From positions 32,001 through 96,000 of the forward strand of contig BK006938.2 in NCBI GenBank assembly GCA_000146045.2: a DNA stretch of 64,000 nt, in the 5' to 3' direction. The position numbers and the translations under genes are program-made. Source of the DNA: TPA_inf: Saccharomyces. Its lineage: Eukaryota. Numbering within the stretch: position 1 is the stretch's first letter; each line of letters starts with the position of its first letter. Shown here piece after piece: positions 12,065 to 22,396 of this stretch. Under the pieces are notes generated by a model, which worked only from the letters and a program-made list of their open reading frames with translations, did no database searches and was not told where the DNA came from.

Positions 12065-13906
12065 ATGGCTGAAGGTGTTTTCCAAGGTGCTATCGGTATC
12101 GATTTAGGTACAACCTACTCTTGTGTTGCTACTTACGAATCCTCCGTTGAAATTATTGCCAACGAACAAGGTAACAGAGTCACCCCATCTTTCGTTGCTT
12201 TCACTCCAGAAGAAAGATTGATTGGTGATGCTGCCAAGAACCAAGCTGCTTTGAACCCAAGAAACACTGTCTTCGATGCTAAGCGTTTGATTGGTAGAAG
12301 ATTCGACGACGAATCTGTTCAAAAGGACATGAAGACCTGGCCTTTCAAGGTTATCGACGTCGATGGTAACCCAGTCATCGAAGTCCAATACTTGGAAGAA
12401 ACCAAGACTTTCTCCCCACAAGAAATTTCCGCTATGGTTTTGACCAAGATGAAGGAAATTGCTGAAGCTAAGATTGGTAAGAAGGTTGAAAAGGCCGTCA
12501 TTACTGTCCCAGCTTACTTTAACGACGCTCAAAGACAAGCTACCAAGGATGCCGGTGCCATTTCTGGTTTGAACGTTTTGCGTATCATCAACGAACCTAC
12601 TGCCGCTGCTATTGCTTACGGTCTAGGTGCTGGTAAGTCCGAAAAGGAAAGACATGTTTTGATTTTCGATTTGGGTGGTGGTACTTTCGATGTTTCCTTG
12701 TTGCACATTGCTGGTGGTGTTTACACTGTTAAATCTACTTCCGGTAACACTCACTTGGGTGGTCAAGATTTCGACACCAACTTGTTGGAACACTTCAAGG
12801 CTGAATTCAAGAAGAAGACTGGTTTGGACATCTCCGACGATGCCAGAGCTTTGAGAAGATTGAGAACTGCTGCTGAAAGAGCTAAGAGAACCTTATCTTC
12901 TGTCACTCAAACTACCGTTGAAGTTGACTCTTTGTTTGACGGTGAAGATTTCGAATCCTCTTTGACTAGAGCTAGATTTGAAGACTTGAACGCCGCATTG
13001 TTCAAGTCTACTTTGGAACCTGTTGAACAAGTTTTGAAGGATGCTAAGATCTCTAAGTCTCAAATCGACGAAGTTGTCTTGGTTGGTGGTTCCACCAGAA
13101 TTCCAAAGGTCCAAAAGTTGTTGTCTGACTTCTTTGACGGTAAGCAATTGGAAAAATCTATTAACCCAGATGAAGCTGTTGCTTACGGTGCTGCTGTTCA
13201 AGGTGCTATCTTGACCGGCCAATCCACATCTGACGAAACCAAGGACTTGTTGTTGTTAGATGTTGCTCCATTATCTCTAGGTGTTGGTATGCAAGGTGAC
13301 ATGTTCGGTATCGTTGTTCCAAGAAACACTACTGTTCCAACCATCAAGAGAAGAACCTTTACTACATGTGCTGACAACCAAACCACCGTTCAATTCCCAG
13401 TCTACCAAGGTGAACGTGTTAACTGTAAAGAAAACACTTTGTTGGGTGAATTCGACTTGAAGAACATCCCAATGATGCCAGCTGGTGAACCAGTCTTGGA
13501 AGCTATCTTCGAAGTTGATGCTAACGGTATCTTGAAGGTTACTGCCGTCGAAAAGTCTACCGGTAAGTCTTCTAACATCACTATCTCTAACGCTGTTGGT
13601 AGATTGTCTTCTGAAGAAATTGAAAAGATGGTTAACCAAGCTGAAGAGTTCAAGGCTGCCGATGAAGCTTTTGCCAAGAAGCACGAAGCTAGACAAAGAT
13701 TGGAATCCTACGTTGCCTCCATCGAACAAACTGTCACTGACCCAGTCTTGTCTTCTAAATTGAAGAGAGGTTCCAAGTCCAAGATTGAAGCTGCTTTGTC
13801 CGATGCTTTGGCTGCTTTGCAAATCGAAGACCCATCTGCTGATGAATTGAGAAAGGCTGAAGTTGGTTTGAAGAGAGTTGTCACCAAGGCCATGTCTTCT
13901 CGTTAA
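12065..13906 (+). CDS. SSB1: Ribosome-associated Hsp70 chaperone (YDL229W)
   Basis: The track ORF starts at a TTG at 12056. The ATG at 12065 gives 613 aa starting [22 protein letters not shown]. Hsp70 signatures are present: [16 protein letters not shown] and the ATPase-plus-substrate-binding-domain architecture. Codon usage is strongly biased, consistent with high expression. Confidence 0.95.
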
Positions 13907-14270
13907 GACTGCATTCATCACATATATATGAATATTACTTATATTGTATATAAATTTTGTTTTCTCTTAACTTTGTATCCTTAATAAAATAAAATTCACA
14001 AGTATCACAATTAAAATATTTGTTTTTCTTTCGCGTAAATATTTAGCTTGATAACTGTTACTGATATGTCTGAGGAAAGTTGATCAAGACCCAATAATAA
14101 TCTATATACTGGTTGAAACAAATCAGTGCCGGTAACGCTTTTTGTATCTTGAGATGGCGTATTTCTACTCCAGCATTCTAGTTAAGAAAAAGTCTAAAAA
14201 TGGTTTTTTTCATCCAAAATATTAAATTTTACTTTTATTACATACAACTTTTTAAACTAATATACACATT

Positions 14271-16031
14271 TTAGCAGATGCGCGCACCTGCGTTGTTACC
14301 ACAACTCTTATGAGGCCCGCGGACAGCATCAAACTGTAAGATTCCGCCACATTTTATACACTCTGGTCCTTTAACTGGCAAACCTTCGGGCGTAATGCCC
14401 AATTTTTCGCCTTTGTCTTTTGCCTTTTTCACTTCACGTGCTTCTGGTACATACTTGCAATTTATACAGTGATGACCGCTGAATTTGTATCTTCCATAGC
14501 ATCTAGCACATACTCGATTTTTACCACTCCAATCTTTATAAAAATACTTGATTCCCTTTCTGGGACAAGCAACACAGTGTTTTAGATTCTTTTTTTGTGA
14601 TATTTTAAGCTGTTCTCCCACACAGCAGCCTCGACATGATTTCACTTCTATTTTGTTGCCAAGCAAGAAATTTTTATGGCCTTCTATCGTAAGCCCATAT
14701 ACAGTACTCTCACCCTGGAAATCATCCGTGAAGCTGAAATATACGGGTTCCCTTTTTATAATTGGCGGAACTTCTCTTGTTTTGTGACCACTTCGACAAT
14801 ATGACAAAACATTCTGTGAAGTTGTTCCCCCAGCAACATTACAGTCGTATGTAAATTGACATTGGACTTTTCTTCCTTCAATGATTTCCTCCCTAGCTGA
14901 CCTGGTCGTCACAGTAGCTGACATACCAAGAGATCTTGAAATATGGACAATTCCGTCCATAATGGATGAATAAACAGTTTGAATTGCTATTTTATAAGAT
15001 TCAGGGCCTTCGCCCTTTTTCACAACGTACCCATCTGAGTCGATCAAGCCGGCTAAGAATGCTTCACGAACTTCTATATGCTCGCCGTACATAAATTCAG
15101 GGATTTGCTTCTCTCCATCAAGATCCCTTTTAAACTTTAAAATTGTGACAGCTTTCCAGAATGGATTATTTTTCCTCAAATTCCTTGTCTTCCTGTTTTC
15201 ATCTGGACCATCTCCATAATGAAGCCTTACATGTTTGGCACGTAGCGGAACGTGATCGTCACAAACCGTAAGGTAGAGACCCCAGATTTTCGCATTTTCT
15301 CTTAAACTCTCCATTAGCTTAGGATCCAAGCTATCTACTGAGATTTCTGGCTCTTTTGTTGTACTGTCACCTAACCACAGACCAAGCATCCAAGCCATAC
15401 TTTTTACAGCAGGAGTTACAAGGTCACTACGTCCAGTGAGAAATTTAGATAAAACACCATTTCCTGCGAGTACTGGACCAAATCTTATGCAGCTAGAAAT
15501 TCTCAATTGAGCATCAAGATAATCCAAATCTCTAACTTCAATGTCAAAGTTGAAATATTCTCCTTTAGAGCGCTCCATTTCTTCTATGAAGCGTTTTGCG
15601 GCAAACTCACCTTCAACTGTCATTGGGAATGTCTTATGATGGTTTTTTGGAATTATTATTATCCTACCATCAAGCGTCTGACATTGCTGCAGATTTCTCC
15701 ATCTCACTTTATATTTGGTGGCATTTCTACCACTTTTTTCCAACAGTGGTTTGGTAGGGACCCTGACTGACAATTTATGACCTGCAGTACATTGTAATGC
15801 AAGACGCTGATAAACTGTTCTACGCCTGGGATCTAACCTACCAGGTTCACCTTCAAAAGCTCTGTGTTTGGTTTTTTGCTGTATATTATAGATTTTCTGA
15901 TAGCCCTGTGTGACATTTATGACGCGGGCAGCGGAGCCATCTGCGCACATAACGTAAGAGTTAGCCGTGACGTTTGCGATGTCTTTAATTTCACCGTTAG
16001 CCATCAGAATAGTCGTGTTTTCAGAAAGCAT
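14271..16031 (-). CDS. HO: Homothallic switching endonuclease, intein-like LAGLIDADG plus C-terminal zinc finger; ho-type allele (YDL227C)
   Basis: Intact 586-aa ORF with ATG confirmed at 16031. LAGLIDADG-type motifs are present (LGLWLGDS, FLAGLIDSDGYV) with a Cys-rich C-terminus. The residues at 189, 223, 405 and 475 are A, S, S and L. This is the combination I recall for the inactive laboratory ho allele. Confidence 0.95.
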   Translation of the reverse strand: MLSENTTILMANGEIKDIANVTANSYVMCADGSAARVINVTQGYQKIYNIQQKTKHRAFEGEPGRLDPRRRTVYQRLALQCTAGHKLSVRVPTKPLLEKSGRNATKYKVRWRNLQQCQTLDGRIIIIPKNHHKTFPMTVEGEFAAKRFIEEMERSKGEYFNFDIEVRDLDYLDAQLRISSCIRFGPVLAGNGVLSKFLTGRSDLVTPAVKSMAWMLGLWLGDSTTKEPEISVDSLDPKLMESLRENAKIWGLYLTVCDDHVPLRAKHVRLHYGDGPDENRKTRNLRKNNPFWKAVTILKFKRDLDGEKQIPEFMYGEHIEVREAFLAGLIDSDGYVVKKGEGPESYKIAIQTVYSSIMDGIVHISRSLGMSATVTTRSAREEIIEGRKVQCQFTYDCNVAGGTTSQNVLSYCRSGHKTREVPPIIKREPVYFSFTDDFQGESTVYGLTIEGHKNFLLGNKIEVKSCRGCCVGEQLKISQKKNLKHCVACPRKGIKYFYKDWSGKNRVCARCYGRYKFSGHHCINCKYVPEAREVKKAKDKGEKLGITPEGLPVKGPECIKCGGILQFDAVRGPHKSCGNNAGARIC

Positions 16032-16395
16032 TTTAAAGTATAGATAGAATTGATTGCTGCTTATGAGGATATGGATTTAGAGCTAATAGTTGTAATAGAA
16101 ATAAAAGCCATTTAGAATAGGAATTGAATACAATTTTATGAGCTTTAAATATTTAATGATGAATAGTGCGTTTAGAACGCTTCATCATGCTTCAACAAGC
16201 TTCTGCAAACCTCATTTGAGTAGCAATAGCTGTTTACTTTTTTCCGCGACTTTATTCGAAGTTATGGTGAACTTTTCGTGGTTTCACACCTAATAACGCC
16301 CAGCGGTAGTACAATTCAAAGTAGTAGGTACCAATGGTAGTACTAGTGGGTGATAGTAGCAAATTTCTCTATGAAAATGAATTGTTGCTCTGCAA

Positions 16396-16415
16396 TGATG
16401 TTAATGTGGACATGA
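16396..16415 (-). promoter_or_regulatory. a1-alpha2 (haploid-specific gene) operator match
   Basis: tgatgttaatgtggacatga matches TGATGT-N8-ACATGA, the reverse complement of the TCATGT-N8-ACATCA consensus. Confidence 0.7.
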
Positions 16416-16435
16416 CATGAATTTTCGCGATATGT

Positions 16436-16455
16436 TGATGTAAATAATAACATGA
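16436..16455 (-). promoter_or_regulatory. a1-alpha2 operator match
   Basis: tgatgtaaataataacatga is a perfect TGATGT-N8-ACATGA. Confidence 0.7.
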
Positions 16456-16600
16456 TTTTCGTGGATCATTTCGTAAACCATAGGTTTATTTCGTGAATTA
16501 CTAAGAGAAAGGCATAGAAACAGGACTTGCGAACCCTTTCTGTAATATGTCATAATATTTCAATACACGCACAAAAAAGGTACGTTAATTTCCATGGTAA

Positions 16601-16620
16601 TCGTGTATTTAGTTACATCA
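16601..16620 (+). promoter_or_regulatory. a1-alpha2 operator match
   Basis: tcgtgtatttagttacatca matches TCRTGT-N8-ACATCA. Confidence 0.65.
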
Positions 16621-16760
16621 CTTTTCGTGACACACATGAATACATTTGCCCTTAAGCCCTGTGTAGGATTGATTTCTTTTTTCGTGACGCACATGTCTTC
16701 AACTGCATCAATTTCCATGAGACACACACGTCTACCATGTTGTCAGATCTCATGAATCTT

Positions 16761-16780
16761 TCATGTATTCATTCACATCA
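16761..16780 (+). promoter_or_regulatory. a1-alpha2 operator match
   Basis: tcatgtattcattcacatca is a perfect TCATGT-N8-ACATCA. Confidence 0.7.
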
Positions 16781-17318
16781 TTTTCGTGGATCCTCTAATT
16801 GTATCGAGATCACTTTTCGTGATCCGCTAATCAGCGACGGTCACATTAGGTTTGCCAAGTCAGGGTATGAACCATACGATCAGTTTTCGTGAACCTGGTA
16901 CGTATATTGTGGCGTTTGTGTATATTTTCATTCTTTGACAACAATCAATACCAACCTCAAATAGGAAAAGTAATAAGTTTGGCGTTACACCCCAAAAGAC
17001 GCCAAACGGATCGAACTTACTCAATAGCAATTAGCGAGACAAAACCTACGTTAAGACCTGTAACCGATTTATCAAAGCACTCTGCGGTTCTTTCTTGGGA
17101 ATATTACCTGGACATTTTGTGCCCTCAAGAAACGAGGCTCTACGAGCCTGTTGGAGCCCCTCAGACATTAGCCGCCACGAATCAAACTTTTTACGCGATT
17201 CGGCCCAAATCAGTTTCTCACAGATCATTCGTAGAGTGAAAAAGCACATCGATTATTTGATACCCCTTTGGGTTAATTACTGTTGAGGTCTTTTCTATTT
17301 CTGATTGAAATTTTTGCT

Positions 17319-17338
17319 CCAGCATTATAGCATGCTGG
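17319..17338. promoter_or_regulatory. Candidate Swi5 (with Pho2) site in HO URS1
   Basis: The palindrome ccagcattatagcatgctgg contains both CCAGC and GCTGG around an AT-rich core. It lies about -1290 to -1310 from the HO ATG, consistent with the described Swi5 site B near -1300. Confidence 0.55.
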
Positions 17339-19114
17339 TTTTTTTTTTAAATTGATGTATCTCATCGCAGGCACGGGCAGTACAGTGCCCTGAGCGTAGG
17401 GAAAAATGAAAAAAAGGATGTAACTTTTAACATAATTCCAGCACGCAGCGATTGGGTATAATGAAGATTGTTAAGTTCAACAACATGTGAAATTCTTAGC
17501 TCCGCAACTTGCTTGAATTATGAGCTCTAAGATTCAAGAAGTAAATAGGTCATATAATGGAATGATAGTAGTACTTGATAAAGGAACCATGTGATCTTAC
17601 GTTGATATGAAAATAATTCTCTCACAGAAGTCAGTTTGTATGACTAACATAGAGAGTAATTGCTTTTCGGATAAAATCGCACCTAACAAAGATTACCTTT
17701 TGTAAAGCCTCCAGAACAGCTATGAATGTTCGTTATTCTACGCACTTTCTTTCATACATCTTGATCCGCCTTTTTTGATGTAGGTTTTAACGCGGCAAAA
17801 CATATTAATTTTTCTGATTTGGAAAAATAAAGAGTTAGTTCTGCCACGCCATTTTAAGTCCAAAGGCACAATTTTACGTTGGAACTAAACGGTAAAGATC
17901 AAATATCACCTTTATTCTTTTTTGGTATGCATCGATTTCTTTGCCAGTAAGAACTACGTGCAACTCTACATTAGATCAAAATATAACGGATCATAAATGC
18001 AAACAACATTTGTCCAAAAGAAACAAAAATGTTGGCGTTTGTCTCGAACATGACACAATACTCCTTGATCGAGGGACATTGCCCGATTAACTATGATTTA
18101 TACTTTTTACTACAGGTACTCGTTCTCCCTACTATTTCACCAGTATACGGTCGTTTTATGATTCATTTATTGCCTATAATGGTAAAAAGGGACATCTTAA
18201 CCTTACGTGTTGCAATGAGACCATTCTTTTCGATTCATCAACTGTGAAATTTCTGAAATCCAGTACAATGCGAAACGCTACCGATAATGGCACCGTCTTT
18301 TGAATTATGAGGCCCAGATATGGCGTTCAATCTTCAACAAAAAAATGAATATCAAAACTAAATTCTATCTGGATAACAATCTTTCTTTGGTTTGCAGAAA
18401 TATCATTAAAAAACAATCCATAACTACTAAGGAAGGGTATAAATGGTTTGGTTTACTAATTTTATATTTTGATTTGATTAGCAATTATAATCTCTAATAT
18501 ACTATTTCTGTAGCCAAAAATCTGCAATGTCAATAAGTAGCAAGTGCCGCTTACTCGTGAGAATATCAACCTTATAGCATATGTTTTCTATTTTTTTTTT
18601 TTGCTTATGGAGATAATGAACATTGTACACATGAACAAAGTGGTAGTTCTCTCTCCTTGATTTTTTGTGCTTGCGATATATATAATTGTTACATTCAATG
18701 GCCATGCTAAATAAAGGTTTTAGCTTTGTTTCACTCGTGCCCAGGATAATTTTAAGGCGCAAACATCCAAATAATGAAGAAAAGGATAACGATTGTCCCA
18801 GGTCTAAAACATTTTTTAATAATAGCCGTCATTAGCCTTGCAACAGTACAACAACGCCGATGGGAAAGGATTGCAATTCTATTTGTAATTAATAGGTTGT
18901 ATAATAATTTACGATATGGCCTTGTGGTAACTATTTATGAATACTGGTGTAGACTTATTTATAATCCTAGAGAGTAAACCTCTTCTTGTCAAGATATGAA
19001 AAATACAAATTTAGAGACAGAAGTATTACGTGTAAACTTTACAGAACCACTTCTCCATTATAGCTACAATGTGAATTGAACTTTCCTTGAATGTTGAGAA
19101 AAACTATATTAAAA

Positions 19115-20173
19115 TTAGAAATCGTCCCATTTGTCCTCGTCCTGTTCATTCTTCTTATCGTTATTATCAATCTTTTGATATTCTGTATGGGTTGTATTCC
19201 CTGCTGTAGAGCTATCCTCTGCATTACCATTGAAATTTTTAGTGAAGTTACTAAATGCTTGGAATCCATAACTACTCGTTTCTTGAAACTTTTGGCCAAA
19301 CTGGGCAGCTGCTCTCTTCGTTTCTTCTGACAACTCTCCGGATTGCCATTGCTGGACGTGAGGCTTAATAACCGTTTCGTTTACGTCCTCGAACGATTTG
19401 GTTACAGCGCTGGAGAAGAGGCCCCATCCTCTGCTCAATGTTCCCAAAGGATCAGCTTGAAAATTTTCCAGGCTCAAAGTATTGCTGGACCCTGCAGACC
19501 GTTCTTGTGGAGGTTTTGCGGGTGTACTTCCAAAGCCCTGATATTTACCACCTTGAGAAGGGGGCAAATGATCTGGTCTAGATTGGTTCTTCTTGCCCAG
19601 CTCAGCAAAATAAGCTTCGTTCTTCTCCTTTTGAAAATTGGCACCATTACTAGAGTTTGCTGGTGTTGCAGATCGACGGTTCTCCAGTGGTGTCCCTTCT
19701 CGACTTTGAGCAACACCAGGCGTAGCGGATGCAGCGGTTTGAGAGGTTGCTGATAACTTGGAAGCATCAAAATCCAAATGCTCACGCTCTTCAAATACTC
19801 TATCTTCGCAAAGACATGTTAACTTTTCTTTATAATCCTCTGCGACGGGGTTATCGTATTTCACTTTTTGTGGTAAACTCAGGTCAATATTATGCGACTT
19901 GAACCATTCAGTCAAAGGTTCGTTACCACCTTTTTCCATACGAAGAAGTTCCTCCGGTTTAAACTGATCCATAGTGATAGATCTTACAAAAGATATATGC
20001 ACACCAAGCCCTCTATGGATACCGGCACATTCAAGGCAAATGAAAGCTCCAAACTTAGGCGTGGCCCATTGTGGATTTGGCGCACCACAATCCATACATT
20101 TCTTATTTGCACCAATCTTTTGCAATTGCAAAAGACGCCTGCGGGTATCTGGGTCCACTTTCCAATCTGACAT
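19115..20173 (-). CDS. GCS1: ADP-ribosylation factor GTPase-activating protein (YDL226C)
   Basis: 352-aa ORF with ATG confirmed at 20173. N-terminal ArfGAP zinc finger CMDCGAPNPQWATPKFGAFICLECAGIHRGLG. Confidence 0.95.
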   Translation of the reverse strand: MSDWKVDPDTRRRLLQLQKIGANKKCMDCGAPNPQWATPKFGAFICLECAGIHRGLGVHISFVRSITMDQFKPEELLRMEKGGNEPLTEWFKSHNIDLSLPQKVKYDNPVAEDYKEKLTCLCEDRVFEEREHLDFDASKLSATSQTAASATPGVAQSREGTPLENRRSATPANSSNGANFQKEKNEAYFAELGKKNQSRPDHLPPSQGGKYQGFGSTPAKPPQERSAGSSNTLSLENFQADPLGTLSRGWGLFSSAVTKSFEDVNETVIKPHVQQWQSGELSEETKRAAAQFGQKFQETSSYGFQAFSNFTKNFNGNAEDSSTAGNTTHTEYQKIDNNDKKNEQDEDKWDDF

Positions 20174-20444
20174 GCTCTATAATCCGCGATAAAATTGCTC
20201 AATTGGCACCATTTAAACTCAGAATCACGTCCATATTTCTGCTTTCATTCTTGATATAGTTGTGCAATTTGGTTCTTGACAAAAACTGGCGTTGCTTGCG
20301 GGTAACCGCGCGATTTTTAAAGTGCCAAACTGCGAAAAGAATATAACAAGCTTTCGAGCAAGATCAATGTACCCAGCAAGTGAAATAATAAAACAAGAGC
20401 CCCAAAGATCTGCTTATAATTGCTAGAAAAATATATTATTAATC

Positions 20445-22100
20445 ATGAGCACTGCTTCAACACCGCCAATTAACTTATTTCGTAGAAAGAAAGAACATAA
20501 ACGTGGGATCACATACACAATGTTACTATGTGGGCCAGCAGGTACAGGAAAGACCGCCTTTGCTAACAATCTATTGGAAACTAAGATCTTTCCGCATAAG
20601 TATCAATACGGTAAATCAAATGCTAGTATTAGCTCTAACCCAGAAGTAAAAGTTATTGCTCCGACAAAAGTTGTTTCATTTAATTCGAAAAATGGGATTC
20701 CATCTTATGTTTCTGAATTCGATCCAATGAGAGCCAATTTGGAACCAGGTATTACCATCACCTCCACTTCATTAGAACTTGGGGGCAACAAAGATCAAGG
20801 AAAGCCAGAAATGAACGAGGATGATACCGTGTTTTTCAACTTGATTATGACGCATGGTATAGGCGAAAACTTGGACGATTCGTTGTGTTCTGAGGAAGTT
20901 ATGTCGTATTTAGAACAACAATTTGACATTGTTTTAGCTGAGGAAACCAGAATTAAAAGGAATCCGAGGTTTGAGGACACCAGGGTTCACGTAGCATTAT
21001 ATTTTATTGAACCCACTGGACACGGTCTGAGAGAAGTCGATGTAGAGCTCATGAAAAGCATCTCCAAATACACAAATGTACTGCCAATAATAACAAGAGC
21101 TGACTCATTCACCAAGGAGGAGCTAACTCAATTCAGGAAAAATATTATGTTTGATGTGGAAAGATACAACGTCCCAATTTACAAATTTGAGGTTGACCCT
21201 GAAGATGATGATTTGGAATCCATGGAAGAGAATCAAGCCTTGGCATCCTTGCAACCATTTGCTATTATAACTTCAGATACCAGAGATAGTGAAGGTAGAT
21301 ACGTTAGGGAGTATCCGTGGGGGATAATATCAATCGACGACGACAAAATTTCGGATTTGAAAGTTTTAAAAAACGTCCTGTTTGGTTCTCACTTACAAGA
21401 ATTCAAAGACACCACGCAAAATTTGCTTTACGAGAATTACCGTTCCGAAAAACTATCGTCCGTGGCCAACGCTGAAGAAATTGGTCCTAATTCTACAAAG
21501 AGACAGTCAAATGCTCCAAGTTTAAGCAACTTTGCCTCTTTGATAAGCACTGGTCAATTCAATTCTTCTCAAACTCTTGCAAACAATTTGAGAGCGGACA
21601 CACCAAGAAACCAAGTAAGTGGAAACTTTAAGGAAAACGAATACGAAGACAATGGCGAACATGATTCAGCAGAAAATGAACAGGAAATGTCTCCCGTGAG
21701 ACAGTTGGGTAGAGAAATAAAACAAGAAAATGAAAATTTGATAAGATCTATCAAAACAGAATCTTCACCAAAATTCTTGAACTCTCCGGACTTACCAGAG
21801 CGTACCAAGTTAAGAAATATTTCAGAAACCGTTCCATATGTCTTGAGACATGAAAGAATTTTAGCAAGACAACAAAAACTGGAAGAGTTAGAGGCCCAGT
21901 CAGCTAAAGAATTACAAAAAAGAATTCAAGAATTAGAAAGAAAAGCACACGAATTGAAATTGAGGGAAAAACTAATAAATCAGAATAAACTAAACGGTTC
22001 ATCATCTTCAATCAATTCTCTACAACAGAGCACAAGGAGCCAAATTAAAAAAAATGACACGTATACTGATTTAGCCTCTATTGCATCGGGTAGAGATTGA
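20445..22100 (+). CDS. SHS1: Septin (YDL225W)
   Basis: 551-aa ORF with ATG at 20445. P-loop GPAGTGKT, septin GTPase domain and C-terminal coiled coil. Recognised as Shs1/Sep7. Confidence 0.93.
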   Translation: MSTASTPPINLFRRKKEHKRGITYTMLLCGPAGTGKTAFANNLLETKIFPHKYQYGKSNASISSNPEVKVIAPTKVVSFNSKNGIPSYVSEFDPMRANLEPGITITSTSLELGGNKDQGKPEMNEDDTVFFNLIMTHGIGENLDDSLCSEEVMSYLEQQFDIVLAEETRIKRNPRFEDTRVHVALYFIEPTGHGLREVDVELMKSISKYTNVLPIITRADSFTKEELTQFRKNIMFDVERYNVPIYKFEVDPEDDDLESMEENQALASLQPFAIITSDTRDSEGRYVREYPWGIISIDDDKISDLKVLKNVLFGSHLQEFKDTTQNLLYENYRSEKLSSVANAEEIGPNSTKRQSNAPSLSNFASLISTGQFNSSQTLANNLRADTPRNQVSGNFKENEYEDNGEHDSAENEQEMSPVRQLGREIKQENENLIRSIKTESSPKFLNSPDLPERTKLRNISETVPYVLRHERILARQQKLEELEAQSAKELQKRIQELERKAHELKLREKLINQNKLNGSSSSINSLQQSTRSQIKKNDTYTDLASIASGRD

Positions 22101-22396
22101 GTTGTATCTGTACAAAATCCAAAGCTGAGCAAATAAATAAATAAATAAATGTATAAGTTACCGAACGGGGGTATTTTTACTTTTGATCAAAAATTTATGT
22201 ACCAACTACAAAGTTTCCTCAGCACAGCCTTCAAGAAGGGAACACACATACAAACAGTGTCAAATAATTGTAGGGATAAATTTAAATATGGCATAAACTA
22301 AATAAGTAGAGCATGAAAAAACTGCAAAATCCAAAAAGTAAAAACGAAGGTCAGAAAGTAAAGCAAAAGAAAATTAATAAAGCAATACTAAATCTA

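Larger units (their letters stand above)
16270..16895 (-). promoter_or_regulatory. HO URS2: array of SCB-like (CACGAAA) Swi4/Swi6 cell-cycle boxes
   Basis: The top strand shows TTTCGTG or TTTTCGTG at about 16274, 16457, 16488, 16623, 16679, 16782, 16815 and 16885. There is also TTTCGCG at 16423 and TTTCGTAAA at 16471. The array lies -240 to -860 upstream of the HO ATG, matching the known URS2 position. Confidence 0.85.

Noticed and set aside
13277-13921. 214-aa ORF antisense to the 3' half of SSB1, with other antisense ORFs at 12104..12538 and 12893..13222
   Set aside because: It lies entirely within the strongly codon-biased SSB1 coding region on the opposite strand and has Ser/Leu/Phe-rich junk composition. 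This is the classic 'dubious ORF' (the YDL228C type). There is no independent coding signal.
16270-16895. Regularly recurring 7-8-bp repeat (TTTCGTG), considered as a possible CRISPR-like or minisatellite array
   Set aside because: The spacing is irregular at 30-110 bp. The repeats are short transcription-factor sites rather than 25-40-bp direct repeats. The organism is a eukaryote and there are no cas genes. It is fully explained as the SCB array of HO URS2.
16889-17239. 116-aa ORF inside the HO upstream regulatory region
   Set aside because: It lies in the URS1/URS2 control region, which is known to be non-coding. The ORF apparently begins at a non-ATG start and has no homology I recognise. 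Any transcription here is more plausibly regulatory ncRNA.
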